This document shows, in pieces, positions 16,757 through 26,116 of a stretch of DNA of 41,407 bases. The position numbers and the translations under genes were made by a program. The stretch's first letter is position 1, and the number at the start of each line of letters is the position of its first letter. The stretch is from Desulfuromusa sp. (GTDB taxonomy: Bacteria > Desulfobacterota > Desulfuromonadia > Desulfuromonadales > Geopsychrobacteraceae). The notes beneath the pieces are model-generated. The model worked only from the letters and a program-made list of their open reading frames with translations. It did no database searches and was not told the origin of the DNA. The stretch spans positions 1 through 41,407 of the forward strand of contig JASJGT010000268.1 in the NCBI GenBank assembly GCA_033791405.1. Reading direction: 5' to 3'.

Positions 16757-16813
16757 ATCCCCACCGTCATATTCACAATCCCTGAACTAGATTACAGAAA
16801 AAGAACTCTTCCC

Positions 16814-18481
16814 TTAAACACCCTTGAACACTTTCAGCAAATGGGGAACCAACTGTTTTTTACGTGAGAGGACTCCATTCAGACGATAGATATTTTCAGC
16901 CTCCTGAGGATAGCCAATAATAAACGGTAGTTCAGCTGAACCAACTGTCATTAACAAACTATTCTCCAGCACTATATCGGTAACCAGCAGTGCTGCAAGC
17001 TCATAACCTTTATCCTCTCTGATTTTTTTTAATTCGACCATCAATTCATCCTGACGCTGGTGGAAGGAATGAAAATTGACAACCTCAACCTGTCCTAAAC
17101 CGAGCAAATAATTACCGGCTCTATACTCTTTAAAATCAGTAATGATCAATTTCTTTGCTGGGACACCACTTGCCATAGCACTTCCAGCGGCAAATAGCTG
17201 AGAACCAAATTCCTGATGTTTCAAACCTGAATATTTTTCTAACCAGGGAATCAGATTGCGGTCAATATCGGTCGTTGTGGGAGACTTTAAAATGATAGTA
17301 TCCGAAAGCAACCCGGCGAGGAGCAGACCGGCTATTTTCTTTTTCGGTTCTATTCCTGCCTGTTGATAGAGAGTTGAAACGAGTGAACAGGTACTTCCGA
17401 GAGGCTGATTGATGAATCGAATCGGCAAATCGGTGTGAAAATTACCCAATCGATGATGATCTATAACCTCCAGAATATCAACTTTGTCTGCCCCTAGAAC
17501 TGCCTGAGACAGCTCATTATGATCTACAAGAATCAACTTGATCGGTGACTTTTTTATCAAGTGGCTTTTTGTTGCAACCCCCTCAACCTGCAGATCAGGA
17601 GAACAGACTATCGCTCCTGAGTGTTTTCCGTGAGTCAATTTTATGCGGAGATCTTCGAGCAGGTCATTTGGTTTGGCTATCAAAAAATCAGGCTCTGCCA
17701 AAATCCCAACCGGGGTTGCCATCCGTGTCAACCAAACGCAGTTGGCTGTATCATAATGACTGACCAGAATTGACACTTTATTTTTCCGTGCAGTTTCAAG
17801 CAGTGCATTATCAACAGGGGAATTTCCTGAAATTATCAACAAACGAATACCTGCTTCAACGGCAAGTCGCTGAATACCAGGACGATCACCGGTTATCAGT
17901 ATCGTTTTTGCGGGAATAATATCATCAACCCAACGACTGAAACTGGCTTCCCGCCTAGCACCAACGTGGAGGTCAAGATCCTCAACTTGCTCAGAATCTA
18001 ACAGATGCTGGGCAGTTGCACCGAGACAACTCTGAATAGAACTGAGTGAGGCACGAATTCGACGCAGTTTTTCCGGTTCTGCTGGAACCAGAAAAAACTC
18101 GGTGGCTTGCTTTAACAATAACAACCCCTGAGCACAACCATCGTCATCAACAACAGGAAGGATCCTGATATGATGCTGATGATAGAGTTCAATCGCTTTC
18201 GACATTGGGGCAGATTGGTGGATTGAGATCACCTTTTCTGTCACAACATCTTTGATTCGGGGATAAACATCAGCGAGCAATTCGGGAACGTCAACACCAA
18301 GATGATCCAACACAAATTGAGTCTGACGATTGATTGTTCCAGCTCTAGCAGCCTTGACACCCTGAAGGCCCTGTTCCCGGCGCAGTTCTGCATAAGCGAT
18401 AGCGCTGCAAATAGAATCTGAATCGGGATTTCGATGTCCAACAACAAAAACTTTATCTGGCTCCTGCACAGTATCCTCCAC
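16814..18481 (-). CDS. ppaC: Mn-dependent inorganic pyrophosphatase with CBS and DRTGG domains
   Basis: GHRNPDSDSICS, LVDHNE, IDHH, LSDT, LSRKKQLVP, with a CBS/DRTGG insert (TGDRP). True start may be the GTG at 18469. Confidence 0.95.
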   Translation of the reverse strand: MEDTVQEPDKVFVVGHRNPDSDSICSAIAYAELRREQGLQGVKAARAGTINRQTQFVLDHLGVDVPELLADVYPRIKDVVTEKVISIHQSAPMSKAIELYHQHHIRILPVVDDDGCAQGLLLLKQATEFFLVPAEPEKLRRIRASLSSIQSCLGATAQHLLDSEQVEDLDLHVGARREASFSRWVDDIIPAKTILITGDRPGIQRLAVEAGIRLLIISGNSPVDNALLETARKNKVSILVSHYDTANCVWLTRMATPVGILAEPDFLIAKPNDLLEDLRIKLTHGKHSGAIVCSPDLQVEGVATKSHLIKKSPIKLILVDHNELSQAVLGADKVDILEVIDHHRLGNFHTDLPIRFINQPLGSTCSLVSTLYQQAGIEPKKKIAGLLLAGLLSDTIILKSPTTTDIDRNLIPWLEKYSGLKHQEFGSQLFAAGSAMASGVPAKKLIITDFKEYRAGNYLLGLGQVEVVNFHSFHQRQDELMVELKKIREDKGYELAALLVTDIVLENSLLMTVGSAELPFIIGYPQEAENIYRLNGVLSRKKQLVPHLLKVFKGV

Positions 18482-18486
18482 TCAGC

Positions 18487-19287
18487 TCAAGGAGTACGAA
18501 ACTTCGCCCGCACATCCCCCAAACCAATAACATTCTTAATTATCCCTTTTTGTGGTCGCATTCCATTATCAAAAGAGGTCAGGATATCGCGTCCTTTGGT
18601 ACCAAAAACAGAGGGGTCAACAAGAATTCGGCACTGGATAGGGTCTGCCGCAAAGAACTTTCGATCCTTTTTTTTCATTTTTTTCAATGGTTCAACAACA
18701 ATATCCTGGGTTCCTTTGCGATGAAAGGTCGGAATAAGGATAATATCTTGACCTGCCTGTCCATAAAAACCAAGACGTAGATTATAGAGTGCACTTAAAA
18801 TATCAAATAAGGGTTTGTCCTTTTCCATGGTAAACAACTCATCAGTATAAGCATGATTATTTTTTATCTTTTGATATCGGACCTGAGCAGAATCATAATC
18901 GAACGTATATCTGGTTATTTTTTCACTGCGTGAATTATCTTTTCCGCGAATCGTGTGGGAGCTGTGCCACAAAGGTTGCAGTAAGCCCGACGCACCAATT
19001 TTCATTAATGATTGATATTTTTCTACTCGATCTCTGGTAAAAAAAGCTGCCATTCCCAATGTTTTTGCTTCCATAACCACCAAAAAGGTACCAACATCTT
19101 CACCGAGGGTAAGCTTTATTGATCCTTCAGCAAGATGGTCAAACCAGAGAAATGAAACATCATAAGCAAGGGCTTCCCCTACCAGGGATTGAATTGGGTG
19201 ATCTGCCGCAGGCAGCTCCTGAGAAAATGAATGCCCCGACAAGGAAAGTAGAAGCAACAAAAGAAGTATTGCATTTTTTTTTCGCAT
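18487..19287 (-). CDS. Exported protein, DUF3108-like
   Basis: Signal peptide, GEALAYDV, DILSALYNLR pattern. Confidence 0.7.
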   Translation of the reverse strand: MRKKNAILLLLLLLSLSGHSFSQELPAADHPIQSLVGEALAYDVSFLWFDHLAEGSIKLTLGEDVGTFLVVMEAKTLGMAAFFTRDRVEKYQSLMKIGASGLLQPLWHSSHTIRGKDNSRSEKITRYTFDYDSAQVRYQKIKNNHAYTDELFTMEKDKPLFDILSALYNLRLGFYGQAGQDIILIPTFHRKGTQDIVVEPLKKMKKKDRKFFAADPIQCRILVDPSVFGTKGRDILTSFDNGMRPQKGIIKNVIGLGDVRAKFRTP

Positions 19288-19307
19288 AAAATCCTAATAA
19301 ATACCGG

Positions 19308-19346
19308 TAATCATTTCTTGACGAAAATGATTATTACCATTAATAT
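19308..19346 (+). promoter_or_regulatory. Promoter of the ArsR gene, bracketed by an inverted repeat
   Basis: TTGACG, 17 bp, TAATAT. TAATCATTT (19308-19316) and AAATGATTA (19325-19333) flank the -35. Confidence 0.6.
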
Positions 19347-19378
19347 CCATATATACAAAATATAATAAGGAGTCCAAC

Positions 19379-19696
19379 ATGACTACTGCAACTGAAAGCC
19401 TCCCTTTTGATTCCGATCAAGATTATGATCGAGAATCAGAAATTTTAAAGGTTCTTGGACACCCAATTCGTTTAAAGATAGTTGCGGGACTAATGTCAGA
19501 GTCCTGCAATGTAAAAAAAATATGGGAATGTCTTGCTCTTCCGCAAGCGACAGTGTCCCAACATCTGGCACTCCTTAAAAATAAAAGAATCATTACTGGC
19601 CGTCGGGAAGGGGTAGAGGTCTTTTATCAGGTCACTTCACCAGAAGCGGTTCGAATAGTCGCCTCAATCTTTGGTGATGCAATCACTTGTAATTAA
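19379..19696 (+). CDS. ArsR/SmtB family transcriptional regulator
   Basis: LKVLGHPIRLKI, QATVSQHLALLK, RREG..VFY. SD AAGGAG. Confidence 0.95.
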   Translation: MTTATESLPFDSDQDYDRESEILKVLGHPIRLKIVAGLMSESCNVKKIWECLALPQATVSQHLALLKNKRIITGRREGVEVFYQVTSPEAVRIVASIFGDAITCN

Positions 19697-19709
19697 TTCT
19701 TCATTGTGC

Positions 19710-19746
19710 AAAAAAAATGGTCGTCTAATAGACGACCATTTTTTTT
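19710..19746. terminator. Bidirectional terminator
   Basis: A8-TGGTCGTCT-AAT-AGACGACCA-T8 between convergent genes. Confidence 0.92.
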
Positions 19747-19760
19747 GCTTTTAAGTAATT

Positions 19761-19958
19761 TTATTTCCCAGAACGGATCGTTGCAACAGTTTTTCCTCGA
19801 ATACCCCAGTTTTCCGCAGCAACCTCTTCGATAATAACATGAGTCGCCTCAGGGTTTTTACCCAGAACCTCTTTCATAACAACAGTGATGCGGTCCATCA
19901 GTTCTTCTTTTTTTTCAACACTGATTCCTTCAAGGGCACGAACAGTAACTACCGGCAT
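19761..19958 (-). CDS. 4-oxalocrotonate tautomerase family protein (65 aa)
   Basis: Start moved to MPVVTV (catalytic Pro1) behind GGAGG. V.IEEV..ENWGIRG motif. Confidence 0.93.
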   Translation of the reverse strand: MPVVTVRALEGISVEKKEELMDRITVVMKEVLGKNPEATHVIIEEVAAENWGIRGKTVATIRSGK

Positions 19959-20096
19959 TTCACAGCCTCCTTTCAACACAACATTGCTTATAGTAGCGAT
20001 CAGTATAGCGCGAGTATAAAAAAATCAATAGTCATATTGTTTATAATTTCCTGAAACAATCCAGAACTTGGAAATATTCAAATAATCAGATTCCAT

Positions 20097-20996
20097 TTAA
20101 TCAATTTGATAATGCAGCAGGTTCATACCTTTAGGCCGATCTACCTCAGGAAAATCGTCACCGGAGTTAATAATTTGCAGCAACTTTGCCTGAGGGCATA
20201 AATCAGCAAAAAGCTGCCGTATCTCGTCCGGTGATAAATAAGGGCTACTCAAACAAACCAGAAGCTCACCACCAGGACTCATCAATGAAGGCAATTTACG
20301 AATCAATTTTGGCCAGTCCCGCTGTGCCAGAAAATTTTTCCCCTGCTCTGTTGGTGGATCACATACAATCAAATCAAATGTTCCCAACTTTCGCAACCGA
20401 CTAAAGCTGCGAAACAGCTCAATTGGCAAAAAGCTAGCCTTGCGTAGATCTAATCCATTGATGCGATGGTTTAGTTTTCCCAATTCCAAGGCACCACGGT
20501 TCATATCCAAGTTAACAACCTGGGTTGCTCCGGCAGATACTGCCGCAACTGAAAAGCTACAGGTATAAGAAAATAAGTTGAGAACCTTTCTCCCCTCTCC
20601 TATTGCCCTGACCAACGCCCTACCCTGTGCCATATCAAGGAAAAAGCCGATATTCTGTGCTCCGTTTAAACGGAGCCGATAATGCAATCCAGCTTCTACA
20701 GCATTGATCTCTGCAGGTAATTCACCCAACAAAATACGGCTTGGAGAACCGGGTAAATATCGTTCCTGTAAAATTATTGCACCGACATCCACAAGTTGAG
20801 ATTGCAACAGCGACACAAGCTGGACAAGCCAAAAATCATCCCGCTGTTGATACAGCGTAACAAAAGCAACGGGCTTAAACCAGTCAATCACAAGATCTTC
20901 ATAACCAGGAAAACAATGTCCCCGACCATGAAATAACCGGCGCGATTCATCACCCGTAGTTTTTCTTTTAGCGATTTCTGTTTGAATAAAATTCAT
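20097..20996 (-). CDS. Class I SAM-dependent methyltransferase (RlmI/RlmK-like)
   Basis: NIGFFLDM, VLNLFSYTCSFSV, FDLIVCDPP. Confidence 0.9.
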   Translation of the reverse strand: MNFIQTEIAKRKTTGDESRRLFHGRGHCFPGYEDLVIDWFKPVAFVTLYQQRDDFWLVQLVSLLQSQLVDVGAIILQERYLPGSPSRILLGELPAEINAVEAGLHYRLRLNGAQNIGFFLDMAQGRALVRAIGEGRKVLNLFSYTCSFSVAAVSAGATQVVNLDMNRGALELGKLNHRINGLDLRKASFLPIELFRSFSRLRKLGTFDLIVCDPPTEQGKNFLAQRDWPKLIRKLPSLMSPGGELLVCLSSPYLSPDEIRQLFADLCPQAKLLQIINSGDDFPEVDRPKGMNLLHYQID

Positions 20997-21105
20997 ATGG
21001 CCAGCAAGGAGAAAATATAATAATCATAATAGATCAAATAACTACTGGAAATGATGAAATAAAATAGTCATAATGAGGATTCACAACAATACAGGAGAAG
21101 GATCG

Positions 21106-21948
21106 ATGAATAAAACGAACCTGATCATTTTTATATTAATAGCGCTGCTCTGTGCCCTTGGACTCTCCTTCTACCTACAGAACAAACCGGATTCTGAACA
21201 CATAATTCAGGACATTCAACCGACTCTAACACCTGAACCAATTAAAAAACCGATTGTTCACTATCCGGTTCCTAAAGCTATTACGGAACAACCTGCCTTG
21301 CCGCCTGAACAGGGTGACTTAAAAACTGAGGCAAAAGATCTGCTACTTCCGGAGACCTTACCGTCCGTACAGGAAAGTGACCAAAGTATTCAAGATGCTT
21401 TGAAGAGCTTACTTTCTGTAAAAAAGATCTATCAGTTACTATACACTGAAAACTTCATCCAAAAGTTTGTCGCAACGATTGACAACCTACCTGAAAAGCG
21501 TTTGGCAAGAGCCCATTTACCGATAAAAGCGCCTGGAGGAAAATTTCTGATCGCTGGGACAACAGAAGCACCTCAAACCAGCAGTAGAAATTACAAACGC
21601 TACAACCCATATTTGACCTTGATGGAATCGATTGATCAAGATCTGGCAATCAAAATTTATACACATTTTTATCCGTTATTCCAAACTGCTTACGAACAAT
21701 TAGGATATAAAAATGCCTATTTTAACGACCGACTGGTCTATGTCATTGATCATCTTCTAGAAACGCCAAACCCGGCAGATCCACTGCAACTTGCTCAACC
21801 CGCCGTTCTTTACACCTATGCGAATCCAGTGTTGGAAAATCTTTCATCCGGACAGAAAATACTCCTCAGGATTGGACAAGATCAAAGACTTAGAACACTT
21901 AAAATTTTAGAATCCTATCGTAACTATTTGACAAATTTCCATCCATAA
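21106..21948 (+). CDS. Membrane-anchored DUF3014-like protein
   Basis: N-terminal TM, Pro-rich linker, YPLFQTAYEQLGY..YFNDRL, LSSGQKILLRIG. ATG 21106 follows AAGGA. Confidence 0.8.
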   Translation: MNKTNLIIFILIALLCALGLSFYLQNKPDSEHIIQDIQPTLTPEPIKKPIVHYPVPKAITEQPALPPEQGDLKTEAKDLLLPETLPSVQESDQSIQDALKSLLSVKKIYQLLYTENFIQKFVATIDNLPEKRLARAHLPIKAPGGKFLIAGTTEAPQTSSRNYKRYNPYLTLMESIDQDLAIKIYTHFYPLFQTAYEQLGYKNAYFNDRLVYVIDHLLETPNPADPLQLAQPAVLYTYANPVLENLSSGQKILLRIGQDQRLRTLKILESYRNYLTNFHP

Positions 21949-21954
21949 CAAAGC

Positions 21955-21986
21955 AAAAGGCCCAACCTTTTTAAGTTGAGCCTTTT
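21955..21986. terminator. Terminator between convergent genes (better on minus strand)
   Basis: Minus strand AAAAGGCTCAAC-loop-GTTGGGCCTTTT. Confidence 0.75.
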
Positions 21987-22021
21987 CTGTCGATTAATAT
22001 ACAAATTTATGCAGTTAACTA

Positions 22022-22213
22022 TTATACGAAACGGCGCTCCGAGCCCTGATAAGCTGAACCGGCTAAACTTCTGATTGGATCTATGCCGGGATAAACCCAA
22101 CCGTCAGATCGTTGAAATTTAACAATCAGGTCTCTTTCAATTAATCCATGCAATTTCTTGGTATCGACTATACCCATCATACCATCCTGATAAAAAACAG
22201 AAACTTCCTTCAT
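22022..22213 (-). CDS. Small GSU3473-like protein (63 aa)
   Basis: V.Y.DG..G.V....L..LI....I..F.RSDGWV..G.DPIR...Y.G.ERR pattern. SD GGAGG. Confidence 0.8.
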   Translation of the reverse strand: MKEVSVFYQDGMMGIVDTKKLHGLIERDLIVKFQRSDGWVYPGIDPIRSLAGSAYQGSERRFV

Positions 22214-22350
22214 CCACGACCTCCTTCTATTTCACTGATCATACCATCAGGTAGCACAGAGATAAAGAACAAAGTAATAAAAACGCTATCATATCAATAA
22301 GTTAATTCACTGAAATCAATCTTTAATGATTAATAAGTAAATCGCTAACG

Positions 22351-22536
22351 TCACTTCCTCCGCTCAGGTCCACTATAGTGACCGCGCAGGGTACTTCTTA
22401 TAGGATCTTTTCCAACATTAACCCAACCAGCTGATCGCTCAAATTGCTCAATTTCACTCATGATTATCAACTCTTCAAGTCTTCTCGAAGGGACTAACTC
22501 AATACGACCATCCAGATATCGAACACGAATCAGCAT
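22351..22536 (-). CDS. Small GSU3473-like protein (61 aa), paralog of the neighbour
   Basis: Same pattern: FERSAGWVNVGKDPIR...YSGPERR. SD GGAG. Confidence 0.8.
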   Translation of the reverse strand: MLIRVRYLDGRIELVPSRRLEELIIMSEIEQFERSAGWVNVGKDPIRSTLRGHYSGPERRK

Positions 22537-22579
22537 AGTTTTCTCCAGAACAATCTAAATTACATCAGCAGATTAAAAA

Positions 22580-23674
22580 TTAATCGAGCAATTTATCAAT
22601 GGTATTAAAATCAAATCTTTTTTCTGCAAGATCAGTAATCATTTTAATTTTGTGGGTATCTTCTGCCGTCAATTTTGAAACATCATCCTTTATTATTTCA
22701 AATACTGCAGAAGAAGTACGCCCGGCACGCATATATGGAATTTCACTGCTATCAATTATTTTCTGTGTAATATGACTGATTTCCCCTATTCCTGGAATAA
22801 TAATACCGGCTACCTTGTCACGATACTCTTCCAACTGATAAAGGTTTGAAATCGTCACCAGCAGTTCGTCTCGACTACTGTTCACAATGAGCAAAGTAGA
22901 TTCTTGCAACAGCTCCACAACTCGCTGGGCTGAAGCTGCACCAATCTGAACATTGTGAATAATCCTCTGCCCCTGATCCTCAGATGCATGCAGTTTGATA
23001 TCGAGAACACTGGCAATACGACGCAGGGTTGGGTTTGCCAAAATCGGCTGATAATTAAATCCGCCGACAACCTGGATCCCTTCATCGGCAAAAGCCATAT
23101 CCAGGTATTTGAGAGTCTGTTCACGCTTTTCTGGAATAATTTTGTTGACCAGTATTGCCTTGACTGTGGCCTGTTCCTTTTGAAACAGCGCAAGATTCAT
23201 TTGCGCAGAATCGACAACATTACCCAGACCGCCCCCCGTCACCATGAGGACAGCGGCACCTGTTTCTCTTGCTATTCTGGCATTATTACAACCAAAGAGG
23301 GTACCAACGCCTGTGTGTCCTGCTCCTTCAATAATCAAAAAATCATTCTTGGCATCCAGTTCAGCTATAGCATCAAACATCTGTCGAGAAATTTCATCTC
23401 TTTTCAAATTACCATCCATGATTCGCCGAGTATCCCCTGGTTGCAAAACAAACGGAGACATCAAAGGCAGATCTGCTACCAGATCAAAACAGCGCGCCAT
23501 CACTACGGCATCCTTGTCAGCTATAACACCTTGATATTCTATTGGTTTTGGTCCGATAGGCTTGATAAAACCGACTCTATCGTACTTTTTCAGTGCCATA
23601 TGCATCAAGGAGATACTTGTTGTTGTCTTACCGCTGTTCATTCCGGTTGCGGCAATAAAAATTTTACGTGCCAT
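22580..23674 (-). CDS. BioD-like P-loop + DRTGG protein (N-terminal half of long phosphotransacetylases)
   Basis: IFIAATGMNSGKTT, GFIKPIG, IIEGAGH and a DRTGG-like C-terminal half. No PTA catalytic domain. Confidence 0.85.
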   Translation of the reverse strand: MARKIFIAATGMNSGKTTTSISLMHMALKKYDRVGFIKPIGPKPIEYQGVIADKDAVVMARCFDLVADLPLMSPFVLQPGDTRRIMDGNLKRDEISRQMFDAIAELDAKNDFLIIEGAGHTGVGTLFGCNNARIARETGAAVLMVTGGGLGNVVDSAQMNLALFQKEQATVKAILVNKIIPEKREQTLKYLDMAFADEGIQVVGGFNYQPILANPTLRRIASVLDIKLHASEDQGQRIIHNVQIGAASAQRVVELLQESTLLIVNSSRDELLVTISNLYQLEEYRDKVAGIIIPGIGEISHITQKIIDSSEIPYMRAGRTSSAVFEIIKDDVSKLTAEDTHKIKMITDLAEKRFDFNTIDKLLD

Positions 23675-23689
23675 AGTCTAAACCCCTTA

Positions 23690-24103
23690 TCAGCTACTAG
23701 GAGCTAATTCTGGAATAGTTTCAAAAGTTTCACCATTTTTCCGGCGTTCCACATAGGGATAGATATTCTCGAATTCGCCCTGAAGCAAAGTCAATATATC
23801 TTGAATAGATTCTACTTTTACCACCACCGGCTGAAATCTTGTTTGTTTGGCTATTTTGATAAAGTTTGGGCTTTTTTGTTGAGCAACAAAGATTTCTGCA
23901 TCATCAATCAACGAAATAATCGCCTTCATCTTGTCAGATTGAGCATGATCCATCTCCTGGGCAACATTTTTCCGGCGTTCCACAAATGAACACTCAGCAC
24001 CATCAACAAAATCGTAAAGGTAGAAATAATCCGTATCACCCATATGTGTACGTGCAATAGTTTCTCCGTTATTTGAACCAATACAAATCCTGAAATTTCG
24101 CAC
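23690..24103 (-). CDS. NifB/NifX-like (FeMo-cofactor-binding fold) protein
   Basis: HMGDTDYFYLYD...FVERRKN resembles the HFG.A..F.IY....E.R.N motif. Confidence 0.7.
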   Translation of the reverse strand: MRNFRICIGSNNGETIARTHMGDTDYFYLYDFVDGAECSFVERRKNVAQEMDHAQSDKMKAIISLIDDAEIFVAQQKSPNFIKIAKQTRFQPVVVKVESIQDILTLLQGEFENIYPYVERRKNGETFETIPELAPSS

Positions 24104-24170
24104 TATTTTATCCTCATCCGGTTAAACACCTATCTACAATTTTCATCAACAGTTGAAATGGATAACCGAT

Positions 24171-26072
24171 TCAACCCGCAGTCGCCGTTTTATTATGGTA
24201 TTGCATAACCTCTTTTACTTTTTTTATGATTCCATCTGCGTCCAGCCCTAATTGTGCACGCAATTCCGCCTGTGTTCCCTGGCCAACAAACTGATCCGGG
24301 ATACCAATACGTACAACCGGTGTCGTCAAGCCAACATCACTCAAAAGTTCTAGAACTGCAGCCCCAAATCCACCCTGTAGAGAGTTCTCTTCGGCAGTCA
24401 TAACAAAAGGGGCATTTTCTGCATGGGCTATAATCAAGTCACTATCGAGAGGTTTAATAAAACGGGCATCTATAACTGATAGATCAATTCCATGTTTCGT
24501 CAGTTGAGTTGCTGCGGATAAGGCATGATTGACCATCTCACCAACCGCAATAATCAAACCATCACACCCCTCACGAAGTAATTCGCCTCGCCCAATTTCT
24601 AGTGGTTCAATTTGATCTGGTAGAGACAACCCGACACCATTACCACGAGGATAACGGTAAGCAAAAGGACCAGCACTTAAACTTGCAGCTTTCATAAGTC
24701 GCTGCAGCTCAACTTCATTTCTTGGCACAGCAAAAGTCAGATTGGGGACATGGCGTAAAAAAGAAAGATCAAACACACCATGATGTGTTGGTCCATCCGC
24801 TCCGACCAGCCCACATCGATCCAAAGCAACCGTGACTGGAAGATTTTGCAAACAAACATCATGAACAAGCTGATCATACGCACGTTGCATGAAAGTGGAA
24901 TAAATAGTTACAACCGGTCGCAAACCGCGACAAGCTAATCCTGCAGCAAAAGTCACCGCATGTTGTTCAGCAATACCTACATCAAAGAAACGTTCGGGGA
25001 AATTTTCTGAGAATTTTATCAGCCCGGTCCCTTCTGCCATAGCAGCAGTGATGGCAACAACCCGATTATCCTCACGCCCAAGATCAGTCAGGGTATCGCC
25101 AAACACTTTGGTGTATGAAACAGCACCACCCGGCTTAGCCCCTTTGAGCTCTCCCGTTTCAGGAGTGAATGGCCCGACTCCATGAAATTTAGGTGGATTG
25201 TTTTCTGCCGGAGCATATCCTTTACCCTTTTTAGTCAGAACATGTAACAACACCGGCCCTTTGATTTGAGCAACATTGTGGAGTGTTTCTGTCAGTTCAT
25301 CAATATTATGTCCATCAATAGGACCAAAATAATCAAAACCGAAGCCCTCAAACAACATCCCCGGCGTCATAAAACTCTTCAATGACTCTTCAGCCCGTTT
25401 GGCCAGGTTTACCAGATCACGACCAATTCCGGGAACGTAACCGAGCAGATGTTCTGTCTCTTTTTTAAAACGGATAAAGGTTTCTGAAGTCATTTTACGA
25501 CTCAGAAAAGAGGAAAGCGCTCCGACGTTGGGAGATATCGACATTTCATTATCGTTCAAAATAACGACCAGTTTTTGTTTCAGGTGTCCAGCATGGTTTA
25601 AGCCTTCAAATGCCATCCCGGCAGTCAGTGAACCATCTCCGATGACGGCAATAACTTTATCGTTTTCACCACAGATATCCCTTCCAGCCGCCATACCCAA
25701 TGCTGCAGAGATAGAGGTACTGGAATGGCCAACTCCAAAGCAGTCATGCTCACTCTCTTTCCGCTTTGGAAACCCACTCAGGCCATCTAACTGACGCAAG
25801 CTACGGAATTGTTTCTGACGACCAGTCAATAACTTGTGTGCATAAGCTTGATGTCCAACATCCCAGATAATATGATCATTCGGAGAATCGAAAACCCGAT
25901 GCAAGGCAATTGTCAGTTCGACAACCCCGAGAGAGCTGCCTAAATGTCCACCGTTATTGGCAACTGTTGCGACAATCTGCTCGCGTAATTCTTCTGCTAT
26001 CTGTAAAAGCTGATTTTTATCGAGCTTCTTCAGCTCATCTGGTGAATTTATTTGTGAAAGAAGTGTTTTCAT
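24171..26072 (-). CDS. dxs: 1-deoxy-D-xylulose-5-phosphate synthase
   Basis: GGHLGSSLG, WDVGHQAYAHK, GDGSLTAG, DVGIAEQHAV, GADGPTHHG. Confidence 0.98.
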   Translation of the reverse strand: MKTLLSQINSPDELKKLDKNQLLQIAEELREQIVATVANNGGHLGSSLGVVELTIALHRVFDSPNDHIIWDVGHQAYAHKLLTGRQKQFRSLRQLDGLSGFPKRKESEHDCFGVGHSSTSISAALGMAAGRDICGENDKVIAVIGDGSLTAGMAFEGLNHAGHLKQKLVVILNDNEMSISPNVGALSSFLSRKMTSETFIRFKKETEHLLGYVPGIGRDLVNLAKRAEESLKSFMTPGMLFEGFGFDYFGPIDGHNIDELTETLHNVAQIKGPVLLHVLTKKGKGYAPAENNPPKFHGVGPFTPETGELKGAKPGGAVSYTKVFGDTLTDLGREDNRVVAITAAMAEGTGLIKFSENFPERFFDVGIAEQHAVTFAAGLACRGLRPVVTIYSTFMQRAYDQLVHDVCLQNLPVTVALDRCGLVGADGPTHHGVFDLSFLRHVPNLTFAVPRNEVELQRLMKAASLSAGPFAYRYPRGNGVGLSLPDQIEPLEIGRGELLREGCDGLIIAVGEMVNHALSAATQLTKHGIDLSVIDARFIKPLDSDLIIAHAENAPFVMTAEENSLQGGFGAAVLELLSDVGLTTPVVRIGIPDQFVGQGTQAELRAQLGLDADGIIKKVKEVMQYHNKTATAG

Positions 26073-26116
26073 TCATCTTCCTCGCGTTGAATATTTATTA
26101 CAGATCAGGTGAACCC

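Noticed and set aside
22955-23707. Long antisense ORFs (250 aa here, 231 aa at 35553-36248, and other nested track ORFs)
   Set aside because: Shadows of well-supported genes on the opposite strand or frame, with no motifs.
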